From Polaromonas sp. (GTDB lineage Bacteria > Pseudomonadota > Gammaproteobacteria > Burkholderiales > Burkholderiaceae_C), in the NCBI GenBank assembly GCA_043740415.1, contig JAYUCJ010000152.1:2758-66757 (forward strand): a DNA stretch of 64,000 nt. The letters are read 5' to 3'. The translations under genes and the position numbers were made by a program. The notes beneath the pieces are model-generated. The model was not told where the DNA came from and ran no database searches. It saw only the letters and a list, made by a program, of their open reading frames with translations. Each line of letters begins with the position of its first letter. Within the stretch, counting starts at the first letter, position 1. Below are positions 19,438-28,648 of this stretch, piece after piece.

Positions 19438-19770
19438 ATGTACCAGATTGAGCATTTTGAATTGAACTCAGCGCGCGCTATCGCGTTTCAGCTGAAGACA
19501 GACTGCATCATTCGGGTGACAACGGGGCGTCTGTGGTTGACCATGCAAGGTCGGCTCACCGATGTCTGGCTGCACGCTGGTGACGACTGGACCATGCCGT
19601 CGAACGGCAAGCTTTGGCTGAGCGCCGAACCGCTGGCTATGTTCCAAATCGCGCGACCCATCGCTGTGCCAAGGCGGCTCAGCCTGCTCAAGCCGCCGCC
19701 CGCGTCAGCCGATCCCGCACGCCATCCCAAACCACATCTTCAGGCGGCGTTTCTACCCAAATTAACTTGA
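19438..19770 (+). CDS. DUF2917-like small protein
   Basis: GRLWLTMQGRLTDVWLHAGDDW...KLWLSAEP. Divergent from the MocR gene. Start chosen at MYQIEH (track ORF begins 19390). The 3' end overlaps convergent tsaC by 83 nt. Confidence 0.55.
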   Translation: MYQIEHFELNSARAIAFQLKTDCIIRVTTGRLWLTMQGRLTDVWLHAGDDWTMPSNGKLWLSAEPLAMFQIARPIAVPRRLSLLKPPPASADPARHPKPHLQAAFLPKLT

Positions 19771-20797
19771 TATCCGGTTGATCCAACTCGCGCAGAATGG
19801 CGAAGAGCTGCTGTGCGGCTAGGCCTGCATCTTCGGGCATGCGGCGAAAAATTAGGGTGGTGGAGGCGCTGTGCATTTGCTGGCGCGAGTAGACGGCGAT
19901 GTTTTTAGCGTCGGCATCCAAAATATCCAGCGCGGTTTGCAGGGCTTTGGCGTCCATCAGGCGGAGCTTGGCTTTGGGGGCGTAGTGGGATTCCAGCATG
20001 CCCGACGCTCTGGGAGCGTCTCCCAACGTAGCGCGTGGCGCTTCTGCCAATACATCTCGGGGGGCGTCTTCCAACAGCTCGCTTGGGGTAACTTCAACGG
20101 GTATTAAATCAGCATCTAGTCGGCGTATTGATTGCCTAGACTGCTCATTATTTAATAGCAAATTTTGGCCACAAGCGTATTCAATTTGAATGGCCGTCAG
20201 CACCCCTGGACGCAACAATACGGGCACGCCACGGCTGCAGTCAACTATTGTGGACTCGATACCAACGCTGCAAGCTCCGCCGTTCAGAATCAATAGTTCA
20301 TCCCCGAACTCGCCTTGGACGTGCTGCGCAGTGGTTGGGCTGACGCGGCCAAACTGATTCGCGCTGGGGGCGGCTAGGCCGTGGATGCCGCGTGTGGCGC
20401 AGTATTTGAGCAGCGCCAGTGCGACGGGATGCGACGGACAGCGCAGACCGACGGAGTTTTGCCCACCGGCGGCGGCGGCGGCCACTTCAGGGCGGCGCGG
20501 CAAAATCAATGTGAGCGGGCCGGGCCAGAAGGCGTCCATCAGCTTTTGGGCGAAAGCGGGAATGTCAGCCGCAAAACGGCTGGCACTGGCGGCATCAGCC
20601 ACGTGGACGATGAGTGGGTGCTCACTGGGGCGGCCTTTGGCGGTGAAAATTTTGGCGACGGCGGCTTCGTTGGCGGCGTCTGCCGCTAGGCCGTAGACGG
20701 TTTCAGTGGGCAAACCGACCAAGCCGCCTGCGGCGATGACGTCTGCCGCTTGGTCTATGGATGCGGAATTTGAACCATCAATAATCATTGAGAACAC
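19688..20797 (-). CDS. tsaC: L-threonylcarbamoyladenylate synthase (Sua5/YrdC long form)
   Basis: GGLVGLPTETVYGLAADA...SAPSANQFGRVSPT, plus a Sua5 C-terminal domain. The interdomain linker carries an R45 copy. Confidence 0.85.
   Translation of the reverse strand: MFSMIIDGSNSASIDQAADVIAAGGLVGLPTETVYGLAADAANEAAVAKIFTAKGRPSEHPLIVHVADAASASRFAADIPAFAQKLMDAFWPGPLTLILPRRPEVAAAAAGGQNSVGLRCPSHPVALALLKYCATRGIHGLAAPSANQFGRVSPTTAQHVQGEFGDELLILNGGACSVGIESTIVDCSRGVPVLLRPGVLTAIQIEYACGQNLLLNNEQSRQSIRRLDADLIPVEVTPSELLEDAPRDVLAEAPRATLGDAPRASGMLESHYAPKAKLRLMDAKALQTALDILDADAKNIAVYSRQQMHSASTTLIFRRMPEDAGLAAQQLFAILRELDQPDIKLIWVETPPEDVVWDGVRDRLTRAAA
20115..20160 (+). repeat. R45 repeat (diverged), inside the tsaC CDS (in frame)
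   Basis: tctagtcggcgtattgattgcctagactgctcattatttaatagca. Read on the minus strand as ...LLLNNEQSRQSIRRLDA... Confidence 0.65.
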
Positions 20798-20820
20798 TTC
20801 GACAAGCTCAGTGCGAACGG
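20797..20820. repeat. PAL half-element
   Basis: cttcgacaagctcagtgcgaacgg. Only the right arm of the palindrome is present, between tsaC and purK. Confidence 0.6.
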
Positions 20821-20859
20821 AGAATGAAGCGCGAACGGTGTCTTTGTCATATCAAAAGA

Positions 20860-22050
20860 TCAATACTTTGCAATTCCGAGTATTTGCGCAGCCTGCGCCG
20901 TCGTCGTTTTCACAGCGTCAACCGTCGCGCCAGTCAGCGTCAAATGCCCCATCTTGCGGCCTTTTTTGGCTTCTTTTTTGCCGTACAGGTGCAAATGCGC
21001 GCCTGGCAAGGCCAACACCTGCGCCCAGGCTGGGGTTTGAGATTCGGTTGAACCGTTTTGAAACCACAAATCGCCCAGTAAATTGAGCATGATCGCTGGG
21101 CTGTGTTGGCGTGGCTGGGTCAGCGGCAGGCCGCACAGGGTGCGCACTTGCAGCTCGAATTGCGAGACATCGCAGGCGTCCAAGGTGTAATGACCGCTGT
21201 TGTGCGGACGCGGCGCGATTTCGTTGACCACCAGTGAATCGTCATGCAGCAAGAACAGCTCAACACACAGCACACCCACGTATTGCAGCTCATTTGCTAC
21301 AGATATTGCAGCAGCTGTGGCACGTTTTACGCCGGCTACCGATAAATTATCCTCATAAACAGAGGTTGTCGCCAAAATACCATCGACATGTACATTCAGC
21401 TGCGGCGGGAAGTGGACAACCTGCCCATCTGCGCCGCGCGCCAAGATGACGGAATACTCCGCTTTGAGCGGCAGCATCTTTTCTAAAACGCAGGTGACGC
21501 CACCTAATTCTGCAAATGCATCGGCTAATTCCGCTTGCGTTTTGACGCGGATTTGGCCTTTGCCGTCGTAACCCATGCGGGCGGTTTTGAGGATGCCGGG
21601 GAGCAAATCGGCTGAGACATCTGCAATTTGGGCGGCTGTTTCAATCACCGCATAGGGCGCAACGGTGATGGCATCAGCCCCACCTTTTGCAGCACAGGCG
21701 ACGAAATGCGCTTTCTCGGCCACGCGGTCTTGCGCAATGGCGACGGACGCGGCACTGGGCGACACCGGGCATGTGAGCGACAAGGCTTGCAAGGCGCTGG
21801 CGGGCACGTTTTCAAATTCGGTGGTGATGGCCGCGCAGCGGCTGGACAGCTCGGCCAAGCCGGCGGGGTCTAAATACGCGGTTTGGATGTGGTCGTGGCT
21901 GACCAAGCCAGCGGGGCTGGAATCATCCGGGTCCAATACCACCGTGTTGTAACCCATGCTTTGCGCAGCGTGGATGAACATGCGCCCAAGCTGACCGCCA
22001 CCTAAAACGCCCAAGCTGGCATCTGGCAAAATCGGATTCAACACAATCAT
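20860..22050 (-). CDS. purK: N5-carboxyaminoimidazole ribonucleotide synthase
   Basis: ATP-grasp protein of 396 aa ([10 protein letters not shown]...). Overlaps purE by 4 nt. Confidence 0.9.
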   Translation of the reverse strand: MIVLNPILPDASLGVLGGGQLGRMFIHAAQSMGYNTVVLDPDDSSPAGLVSHDHIQTAYLDPAGLAELSSRCAAITTEFENVPASALQALSLTCPVSPSAASVAIAQDRVAEKAHFVACAAKGGADAITVAPYAVIETAAQIADVSADLLPGILKTARMGYDGKGQIRVKTQAELADAFAELGGVTCVLEKMLPLKAEYSVILARGADGQVVHFPPQLNVHVDGILATTSVYEDNLSVAGVKRATAAAISVANELQYVGVLCVELFLLHDDSLVVNEIAPRPHNSGHYTLDACDVSQFELQVRTLCGLPLTQPRQHSPAIMLNLLGDLWFQNGSTESQTPAWAQVLALPGAHLHLYGKKEAKKGRKMGHLTLTGATVDAVKTTTAQAAQILGIAKY

Positions 22051-22589
22051 CCCGCGGCTTGAGGAACTGGCGGCACAACCATACCACGCGCCGTTTCGGT
22101 CTGTTTGGCGCGGAAAGCGTCGAGTTTGACGCGCAGAGCCATGTCGTTGTTCGCCAACATCGCCACAGCAAACAAAGCCGCATTCGCTGCCCCCGCTGCG
22201 CCAATGGCAAAAGCCGCTACCGGTATGCCCTTGGGCATTTGCACAATGCTGTGCAGTGAATCAACGCCCTGCAAATGGTTGCTCGCCACCGGCACGCCCA
22301 GCACCGGCACGCTGGTTTTGGCCGCCAACATGCCCGGCAAATGCGCCGCGCCGCCGGCTCCGGCGATGATGACCTGCACCCCGCGCCCGCTGGCCGTTTC
22401 GGCGTAGGCAAACATGTCGTCGGGCATGCGGTGCGCGGAAACGACGCGTGCCTCGTGCGCGATGCCAAATTCCTCCAAAATCGCCACGGCGTGCTGCATG
22501 GTGGCCCAGTCTGAGCTGGAACCCATCAAAACGCCGACTTGGACGGCGGGGCTCGAATCGTTATTTCTATCGTTTGTTGTGTTTTGCAT
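22047..22589 (-). CDS. purE: N5-carboxyaminoimidazole ribonucleotide mutase
   Basis: [11 protein letters not shown]...SAHRMPD...[14 protein letters not shown]. Confidence 0.9.
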   Translation of the reverse strand: MQNTTNDRNNDSSPAVQVGVLMGSSSDWATMQHAVAILEEFGIAHEARVVSAHRMPDDMFAYAETASGRGVQVIIAGAGGAAHLPGMLAAKTSVPVLGVPVASNHLQGVDSLHSIVQMPKGIPVAAFAIGAAGAANAALFAVAMLANNDMALRVKLDAFRAKQTETARGMVVPPVPQAAG

Positions 22590-22674
22590 AAGTATGAGTG
22601 CGTGGATAATGTCATTTTACGTTTTTAAACCCCAGTTTTTACATTCCTCCATTCCTCCCCATGATTGATCTGCC

Positions 22675-23613
22675 ATGCTCGATATAACCCGCGCCACTTT
22701 TGAAACCGACATCGTCCAAGCGTCGATGACCACGCCCATTTTGGTCGATTTTTGGCACCCCAAGAGTGAACAATGCGCGGTCATCGTCCCGCTGTTGGAA
22801 AAGCTGGAAGCTGACTATGCGGGTCGCTTCATGTTGGCGAAAGTGGACGCCAGCCAAGAGCAAGAAATTGCGGGCGCATTTGGCGTGCAGAGCATTCCGA
22901 CCTGCATTTTGATGATGGGCGGCAAGCCGGTGGATGGTTTTCAGGGTGCGCAGCCAGAGGACAAACTCAGAGAATTTTTGGACAAGCACCTGCCACCAGC
23001 TTTAGAGTCAGAACCCGAAGAGCCAGAAACCGCTGAATTTGCTGAAATAACCCCAGAAATGGCGCTGAACAAGCTGGTAGAAAAACTCAAAGCCGCCCCC
23101 GAAGACGAAACCGCCCGATTCGATTTGGTCAAGCTGCTGATGATTTTAGGCCGCGACGACGACGCCAAAATCGCCTTCGCCCCCGTGATCGCCAAAACCA
23201 GTGTGGTGCGCAAATTTGACTCACTCAAACGTTGGATGGATGCTGTAGACACTATACATTTGATAGCACCTCAGGCAACAAATACGCCGGCTACAGTCGA
23301 AAATAAGGCATTAAATGACCATGCAGACCAACTGGAAGCCAAAATCATCGCCAACAAACGCGATTTTGAAGCCCGTTTCGCCAAAACCCAGCTTTTGATG
23401 GCGCAACAGCGTTGGACAGAGGCGATGGACGAGCTGCTAGAAATCTTGATGCGCGACAAAACCTGGAACGACGACCAAGCCCGCAAAACCTACATCGCCA
23501 TTCTGGACATCATCGAACCCGCCCCCGTGAAAGTGGCAGATGGACAGATTCCGCCTGTAGATGCGACGGTGGCGACGTATAGGCGGAGGTTGTCTAGTGT
23601 GGTTTTGAGTTAA
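22675..23613 (+). CDS. Thioredoxin-fold plus TPR co-chaperone (YbbN/CnoX-like)
   Basis: Thioredoxin-like N-domain with SEQC in place of CxxC (VDFWHPKSEQCAVIVP). TPR-like C-terminal half. Contains an in-frame R45 copy. Confidence 0.75.
   Translation: MLDITRATFETDIVQASMTTPILVDFWHPKSEQCAVIVPLLEKLEADYAGRFMLAKVDASQEQEIAGAFGVQSIPTCILMMGGKPVDGFQGAQPEDKLREFLDKHLPPALESEPEEPETAEFAEITPEMALNKLVEKLKAAPEDETARFDLVKLLMILGRDDDAKIAFAPVIAKTSVVRKFDSLKRWMDAVDTIHLIAPQATNTPATVENKALNDHADQLEAKIIANKRDFEARFAKTQLLMAQQRWTEAMDELLEILMRDKTWNDDQARKTYIAILDIIEPAPVKVADGQIPPVDATVATYRRRLSSVVLS
23252..23296 (-). repeat. R45 repeat, inside the ybbN-like CDS (in frame)
   Basis: ctatacatttgatagcacctcaggcaacaaatacgccggctacag. Read as ...TIHLIAPQATNTPATV... 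Confidence 0.75.
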
Positions 23614-23719
23614 GCTGTGGGTAATGTTGCAATGTTTACCGTATAAATTGAGTGATCTCGTACATACCCTATATTGACTGATTCACATATAAAGCCCAGA
23701 TTCATTTAGAAAGATATCC

Positions 23720-24469
23720 ATGCGTCTTCAAATTGCGATTTACTCACTTTTGATCCTAGCTCTTGCCGCTTGCAAGCCTAGCAACGAAATAGTGACAACT
23801 AAGGCTACTACTGAGCTAAAACCCGCGGCTTTGCCTACGGCGCCAATAAAAAAATCGGATTGGGAGAATGCAATAAAGGCGACTTACGAAAAAAGTCAAA
23901 TTAATACTGATAAAGAGGGTGTGACTGAGTTTGTGGCTTGCTTCCAAACCAAAGATGGAAATAAATGTACTGGGTCTGTGTTTGGAAAACACGATGTATT
24001 TCGTCACCTCACAATCTTTACACCAGCAAATTCGGAAAGTGCAGCTCTTGGCATATGGAAGTATCTTCATTCGTATGTATCGCTTATTGATTGCAAGCGT
24101 CCTAGTGTTCTACTATCACCTCATATCTTTTCGAAAGAAGGATGGCTATTTATGGATAAGGTGTCAGTTTTAGCTGACGGTGAATTACTTTTGGAACACA
24201 AATTCACAAGTACTGAGGTTGATCGCGATAACAATACATGGGGAATTGACGAAAGAGCGCATTGGGTAGCGTCAGACAATGATCTTAGCGCGTTAAAGCG
24301 AATTGCCAGTGCCAAAGTAATTATCGTCCGCCTTTCGGGTGCCAAGGGCTACGTCACTGTTGCTGAAAAAGATATTAGCCGCATTAAAGAAGACTTCAAA
24401 AGCGTACTAGCAATATATAGCGTGCTCGATGCCGCCGCAGCTAGTAAAGAACCAGCTGAGTGTATTTGA
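23720..24469 (+). CDS. Hypothetical lipoprotein (AT-rich island)
   Basis: 249 aa. Signal peptide with lipobox LALAAC. No family recognised. Confidence 0.55.
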   Translation: MRLQIAIYSLLILALAACKPSNEIVTTKATTELKPAALPTAPIKKSDWENAIKATYEKSQINTDKEGVTEFVACFQTKDGNKCTGSVFGKHDVFRHLTIFTPANSESAALGIWKYLHSYVSLIDCKRPSVLLSPHIFSKEGWLFMDKVSVLADGELLLEHKFTSTEVDRDNNTWGIDERAHWVASDNDLSALKRIASAKVIIVRLSGAKGYVTVAEKDISRIKEDFKSVLAIYSVLDAAAASKEPAECI

Positions 24470-24650
24470 TTGGTTATCTTCTATAACTCAGAGCTTAATC
24501 TCAATTTTGCTGATCAACCTAGTTCAAACCGCGTAACACTTGGTGGCAGGTTTTTTTTCGCTAGAAATCTTGATACGCGAAAAAAACCTAGAGCGACGAT
24601 TACATTAATCGGTAAAGCTCAGGCTTTCATTTCTTGTGTGAGGTGTATTT

Positions 24651-25667
24651 ATGATTTTTTATAAATATTACAGTTTTAGCTCAGGAATAGCTGCCCTTAG
24701 CAGCCAAAAGCTCGGTTTTCGGGAACCCAAATACTTCAACGACCCATTTGAGCTAAGTTACCTTAACAACTCCAGTGACTCAAATTTTATTGAAGACAAG
24801 ATGAACTCGCTAAAGAAGAGCCTAGTCATACTTTCATTAACTAAAACCTATAGCAACCCATTAATGTGGGCTCATTATGGAGAGGATCATAAGGGTTTCG
24901 TAATTGGTTATGACATTGACGATGATTTTTTTCTTTCTCAAAAATACAACGTTATTACAGCAGCCGAAGGTAAAGTTTCATATACCAATAAGAAAGAAAA
25001 AATCATAATTTCCGAAAAATTAAAAAATGTTTTACACGAAATTTACTTGATAGGAGAAGGCAAGATATCCAGCCACCTTAAATCGAAATTATTATTATCC
25101 ATTTTGAAGAAGGCACTTTTATACAAACACTCGTCATGGGCTTATGAAGAGGAAGTTAGAGTTATCAAAGTCTTAGATTCCAAATTCAAAGAATCTGAGG
25201 AGTGGCAATCCGACCCAAACAGAGCTTTTTCTTCATTTAGCAAATCTGTGGCTCCAGGAATTGAAACGATTTCAATTCCTGGACTTTACTTATTTAACAA
25301 GGAGGTAAAAATTAAAGAAGTCTACCTTGGCATGCGTAATCCTTTATTGAGTCCTCATATTCAAACAAGTGATCCGATTGAAAGTCGTGATATCTACGAA
25401 CAGTCTAAAAAGCATTCGTGGTGCGTAAAAAAAATGTCTATGGCTAGCGGCTCTTGGGAGCTTGAAGGCCATGATATAAATCGTGAACTATTAATGATTC
25501 GAAAGCAGACTAGAGGCCTTATTAGGTCATTGGCTTTTAGCGGCTTAGAGGCTGAGTACCTATGCAGGACTCTTCCGCTAAACTTGGATAGCGTTGAAGA
25601 TAGATATGAATTAACCAACTGGTATGACAGAATCGAGCTTAAAAGAAATGGTGAGTTTGTCACCTAA
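24651..25667 (+). CDS. DUF2971-family protein
   Basis: N-terminus FYKYYSFSS...LGFREPKYFNDPFE and SLTKTYSNPLMWAHYGEDHKGFVIGY are signatures I associate with DUF2971. Confidence 0.7.
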   Translation: MIFYKYYSFSSGIAALSSQKLGFREPKYFNDPFELSYLNNSSDSNFIEDKMNSLKKSLVILSLTKTYSNPLMWAHYGEDHKGFVIGYDIDDDFFLSQKYNVITAAEGKVSYTNKKEKIIISEKLKNVLHEIYLIGEGKISSHLKSKLLLSILKKALLYKHSSWAYEEEVRVIKVLDSKFKESEEWQSDPNRAFSSFSKSVAPGIETISIPGLYLFNKEVKIKEVYLGMRNPLLSPHIQTSDPIESRDIYEQSKKHSWCVKKMSMASGSWELEGHDINRELLMIRKQTRGLIRSLAFSGLEAEYLCRTLPLNLDSVEDRYELTNWYDRIELKRNGEFVT

Positions 25668-25880
25668 AAAGGCCTTAGTTTGTAAATTCTCACTCCGTCA
25701 ACCACCTCCTAGCCTCTTCTCTTTCTACTTAGTAAATAGCGTTTTTTTTGATCACACAAGTTAGCATGTACGTACTGATACTGACACTGACACTGACAAT
25801 AATATAAGTCCCCTTAAAAGTTCTAATCTTTATAAAAAACTACAATTGCTCGATAAGTTTTTAATAACCCAAGGATAATC

Positions 25881-26357
25881 ATGAAAATATTTGCAGGCAT
25901 CGTTGGCGGTCTAATTTTGGCCATCCTCGGAGCAATCTTCTTTACAGTTGGTGGCGCATCAAGCCCTGGACGCGGTAGTGGATTTGGTGCAATCGCATTC
26001 TGTGCATTCTGGATAGTTGGAATAATTGTTGCTGTAAAGGCCCCATCTCCAGCGAAAGCTTGGCGAAGATTACTGATAACATCTGCAATCGCTTCATTTA
26101 TGCTGCCACTAGCAGGAATCATATTTACGAGTTCACAAGTCGCAAATACTATCGAGAAAGGCGGCGAGTACGTTGAAGCAGCAGCAACTGGAGCCGCAAT
26201 TGGTGGAACACTTATCTCTGGTTTTATGGGATTTGTAGGTTTTTTTCTAGGATCAGTATTTCTAATTATTGGGTTACTCGTAGGTCGAGATAAACAGATA
26301 ATCTACATCCAATCGCCTCCGCAAAAACCAGATACTGAACCCGTCAATCACGTCTAA
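25881..26357 (+). CDS. Hypothetical 4-TM membrane protein (island cassette)
   Basis: 158 aa, Gly-rich TM segments. RBS-like aaggataatc lies before the ATG. No family recognised. Confidence 0.5.
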   Translation: MKIFAGIVGGLILAILGAIFFTVGGASSPGRGSGFGAIAFCAFWIVGIIVAVKAPSPAKAWRRLLITSAIASFMLPLAGIIFTSSQVANTIEKGGEYVEAAATGAAIGGTLISGFMGFVGFFLGSVFLIIGLLVGRDKQIIYIQSPPQKPDTEPVNHV

Positions 26358-26361
26358 ACTC

Positions 26362-26394
26362 CTTGATACTTCACGCCGCCTTCTCAATCACCTT
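26362..26394 (+). repeat. Decayed copy of the purC 3'-terminal sequence (copy D)
   Basis: cttgatacttcacgccgccttctcaatcacct, versus the purC end cttgatacttcgccgccgtcttctcaatcacct. Confidence 0.65.
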
Positions 26395-26451
26395 TGATTG
26401 AATACAAGCGCATTGACAAACTTATAAAGTGAACACATAATATGTGCAAAA

Positions 26452-26691
26452 ATGGAGTTTGCAATGAACATCACCTTATCAATCGACGAACGCGTGGCTG
26501 AAAATGCGCGTGAGGCTGCTCGCAAAATGGGGAAAAGCTTGAACCAAGTGGTGCGTGACTATTTGGAGCAATTGGCCGGCACGGCGCATGCTGAGCAAGA
26601 CTTTGATGCGTTTGAACAGCGTTGCTTGAACACCAAAGGACGCTTGAACCATTGGACCTTCAACCGCGAAGAAGCCAATGCCCGCCATTAA
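26452..26691 (+). CDS. Ribbon-helix-helix-type antitoxin (VapB-like)
   Basis: NITLSIDERVAENAREAARKMGKSLNQVVRDYLEQLAG. Overlaps the downstream PIN gene. The start may be at 26464. Confidence 0.7.
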   Translation: MEFAMNITLSIDERVAENAREAARKMGKSLNQVVRDYLEQLAGTAHAEQDFDAFEQRCLNTKGRLNHWTFNREEANARH

Positions 26692-27178
26692 TACAGGCAG
26701 TGCCAAGCCGCCTACCGCGCAAGAAGCAAGCGCAGCGTATTTGGCTATATACCAGCCACTGGCAAAAGAACGCTGCTTCATAGACACCAATTTGCTGATT
26801 TATGCAGACAGTGGGGACGAGCCCGTCAAACAGCGCATCGCCTTGTCTTTGCTTAAGCAGCTTAGACTGAATCAAACAGGCGTGTTGTCAACCCAAGTGC
26901 TGAACGAATACTGCAACGTAGCGCTCAACAAACTGAAGCTACCACATGCCGATATTCGTGAGCAAATGCAATTTTGGGAGCAATACGAAGTTGTCCAAGT
27001 GACCCCAGCCATCATCCACATGGGGCTAGACTTGCACCAAACCCGATCTCTAGGTTTTTTTGACGCGCTGATTGTCGCTGCCGCCAAAACCAGCGGCTGC
27101 ACCGTTCTGTATTCTGAAGATATGAATGCGGGTGAGATGGTGAACGGGGTACGGATTGTGAACCCGTTCAGGCTTTAG
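26678..27178 (+). CDS. PIN-domain toxin (VapC family)
   Basis: CFIDTNLLIYADSGDEP...FFDALIVAAAKTSGCTVLYSEDM. The start codon is uncertain. Confidence 0.75.
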   Translation: MPAINTGSAKPPTAQEASAAYLAIYQPLAKERCFIDTNLLIYADSGDEPVKQRIALSLLKQLRLNQTGVLSTQVLNEYCNVALNKLKLPHADIREQMQFWEQYEVVQVTPAIIHMGLDLHQTRSLGFFDALIVAAAKTSGCTVLYSEDMNAGEMVNGVRIVNPFRL

Positions 27179-27218
27179 TTAGCCACTTTAGAGCGTCAAC
27201 TCGTCAACGCTTCAGCCC

Positions 27219-27279
27219 GTCAACCGCGTCCAAGCCTTTAGATACTTCGCCGCCGTTTCTCAATCACCTCGCGTGGCAC
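27219..27279 (+). repeat. Copy of the purC 3'-terminal sequence (copy C)
   Basis: gtcaaccgcgtccaagcctttagatacttcgccgccgtttctcaatcacctcgcgtggcac. Confidence 0.8.
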
Positions 27280-27322
27280 ACAATTTCTTGCATCAAGTTA
27301 GCATTTATGCTAACATTTACCT

Positions 27323-27649
27323 ATGGCATTTGCAATCAACTACTTTCATGCACGTGTGCTGGCAGAAATTGAATCTTGGCCTGTGGATGTTGTTGCTGAC
27401 TATGCCCGCCTTGTTGAATTGCTGATTGAACATGGCCCAAGTCTGCGGTTGCCGCACTCGCGGGCTTTTGGTGATGGGCTTTTTGAGCTTCGACCCAAAG
27501 GCAGATCAGGCATTGGGCGAGCGTTCTACTGTTACATGCAAGGTAAACGGGTCATCGTTTTGCATGCCTTCATCAAGAAATCTCAACAAACGCCTGACAA
27601 CGATCTAAAACTTGCCCGCAAACGCTTAAAAGAGGTGCAACATGGCTGA
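27323..27649 (+). CDS. RelE/ParE-superfamily toxin (HigB / phage Gp49-like)
   Basis: LFELRPKGRSGIGRAFYCYMQGKRVIVLHAFIKKSQQTPDNDLKLARKRLKE. Confidence 0.8.
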   Translation: MAFAINYFHARVLAEIESWPVDVVADYARLVELLIEHGPSLRLPHSRAFGDGLFELRPKGRSGIGRAFYCYMQGKRVIVLHAFIKKSQQTPDNDLKLARKRLKEVQHG

Positions 27650-27956
27650 ACTGAAATATGAACCTGTAACGCATAACCATAAACAATTTTTGGCGAAGGC
27701 TAACGAGCGCAAAGGCTTTCAAGAGGCCTACGACGCGCTAGAGTTGGAATACAAGGTTACCAACCAAATGCTGAAAGCGCGTTCACGTGCAGGGCTGACG
27801 CAAGATGCTGTTGCCGAGCGCATGGGCACGACCAAAAGTGCCATTTCAAGGCTTGAAGCGGCGGGAAAACATGCGCCATCTTTATCAACCTTGAAGCGCT
27901 ACGCGCAAGCTGTGGGCTGCGAGCTGCAAATTAGACTTGTGCCGCAAAAGGCGTAA
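27642..27956 (+). CDS. XRE-type HTH antitoxin (HigA-like)
   Basis: LKARSRAGLTQDAVAERMGTTKSAISRLE. Overlaps the toxin gene by 8 nt. Confidence 0.8.
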   Translation: MAELKYEPVTHNHKQFLAKANERKGFQEAYDALELEYKVTNQMLKARSRAGLTQDAVAERMGTTKSAISRLEAAGKHAPSLSTLKRYAQAVGCELQIRLVPQKA

Positions 27957-28022
27957 GTCAACCGCGTCCAAGCCTCTTGATACTTCGCCGCCGTTTTCTC
28001 AATCACCTCAGACAGCACGCGG
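27957..28022 (+). repeat. Copy of the purC 3'-terminal sequence (copy B)
   Basis: gtcaaccgcgtccaagcctcttgatacttcgccgccgttttctcaatcacctcagacagcacgcgg. The 45-nt core differs from the genuine purC end at one position. Confidence 0.85.
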
Positions 28023-28104
28023 AGTTCGGGGCTGATTTATCCGATTTGACATCTACGTTGTAATTCATACAATGCAATGTATTACAACGCAATGGATTTC
28101 TACC

Positions 28105-28353
28105 ATGACAGCACTTGCACAAACGCGGACAATCAATGTACGTGTGCCTATCACCGTATTCGACCAATTGGAAGAGCTCGCGAAAGCCACAGCACGAACG
28201 AAGAGCTTCGTCACGGTTGAAGCCCTCTCCAGCTACTTGGATGCGCAAGCTTGGCAGATTCGAGAGGTCACGGCGGCGCTTGAAGAAGCAGAGAGAGGCG
28301 AATTTGCCACTGACGAAGAGGTAAACGCGGTATTTGCGAAATATGGCGCTTGA
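28105..28353 (+). CDS. CopG/RHH antitoxin (ParD-like)
   Basis: RTINVRVPITVFDQLEELAKATARTKSFVTVEAL. Start taken at MTALAQ (track ORF begins 28072). Confidence 0.75.
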   Translation: MTALAQTRTINVRVPITVFDQLEELAKATARTKSFVTVEALSSYLDAQAWQIREVTAALEEAERGEFATDEEVNAVFAKYGA

Positions 28354-28369
28354 ATATTCAGCTTAAAGA

Positions 28370-28648
28370 ATGGAGCTTAAATTACGTTGGTCAAAACGAG
28401 CACTAGGCCGCCTCGACACCATCACCGCCTACATCGCCAAAGACAACCCTACACGCGCCGAGAGCTTTGCAAAGGAGCTTAGGAAAAAAGTGACTATTTT
28501 GAAGTCACATCAACTCGGAACAGCTTGGCAAGTTTTTGGCACTAAACAATATGTGCTACATCCGAACTACATTGCGATCTACCGAGTCGTGCGAGATGAA
28601 GTCCAGATATTGACGATTTTGCATGCAACGCAGGAACGGCAAGATTAG
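28370..28648 (+). CDS. RelE/ParE-family toxin
   Basis: [33 protein letters not shown]...[22 protein letters not shown]. The stop codon overlaps the convergent purC stop. Confidence 0.8.
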   Translation: MELKLRWSKRALGRLDTITAYIAKDNPTRAESFAKELRKKVTILKSHQLGTAWQVFGTKQYVLHPNYIAIYRVVRDEVQILTILHATQERQD

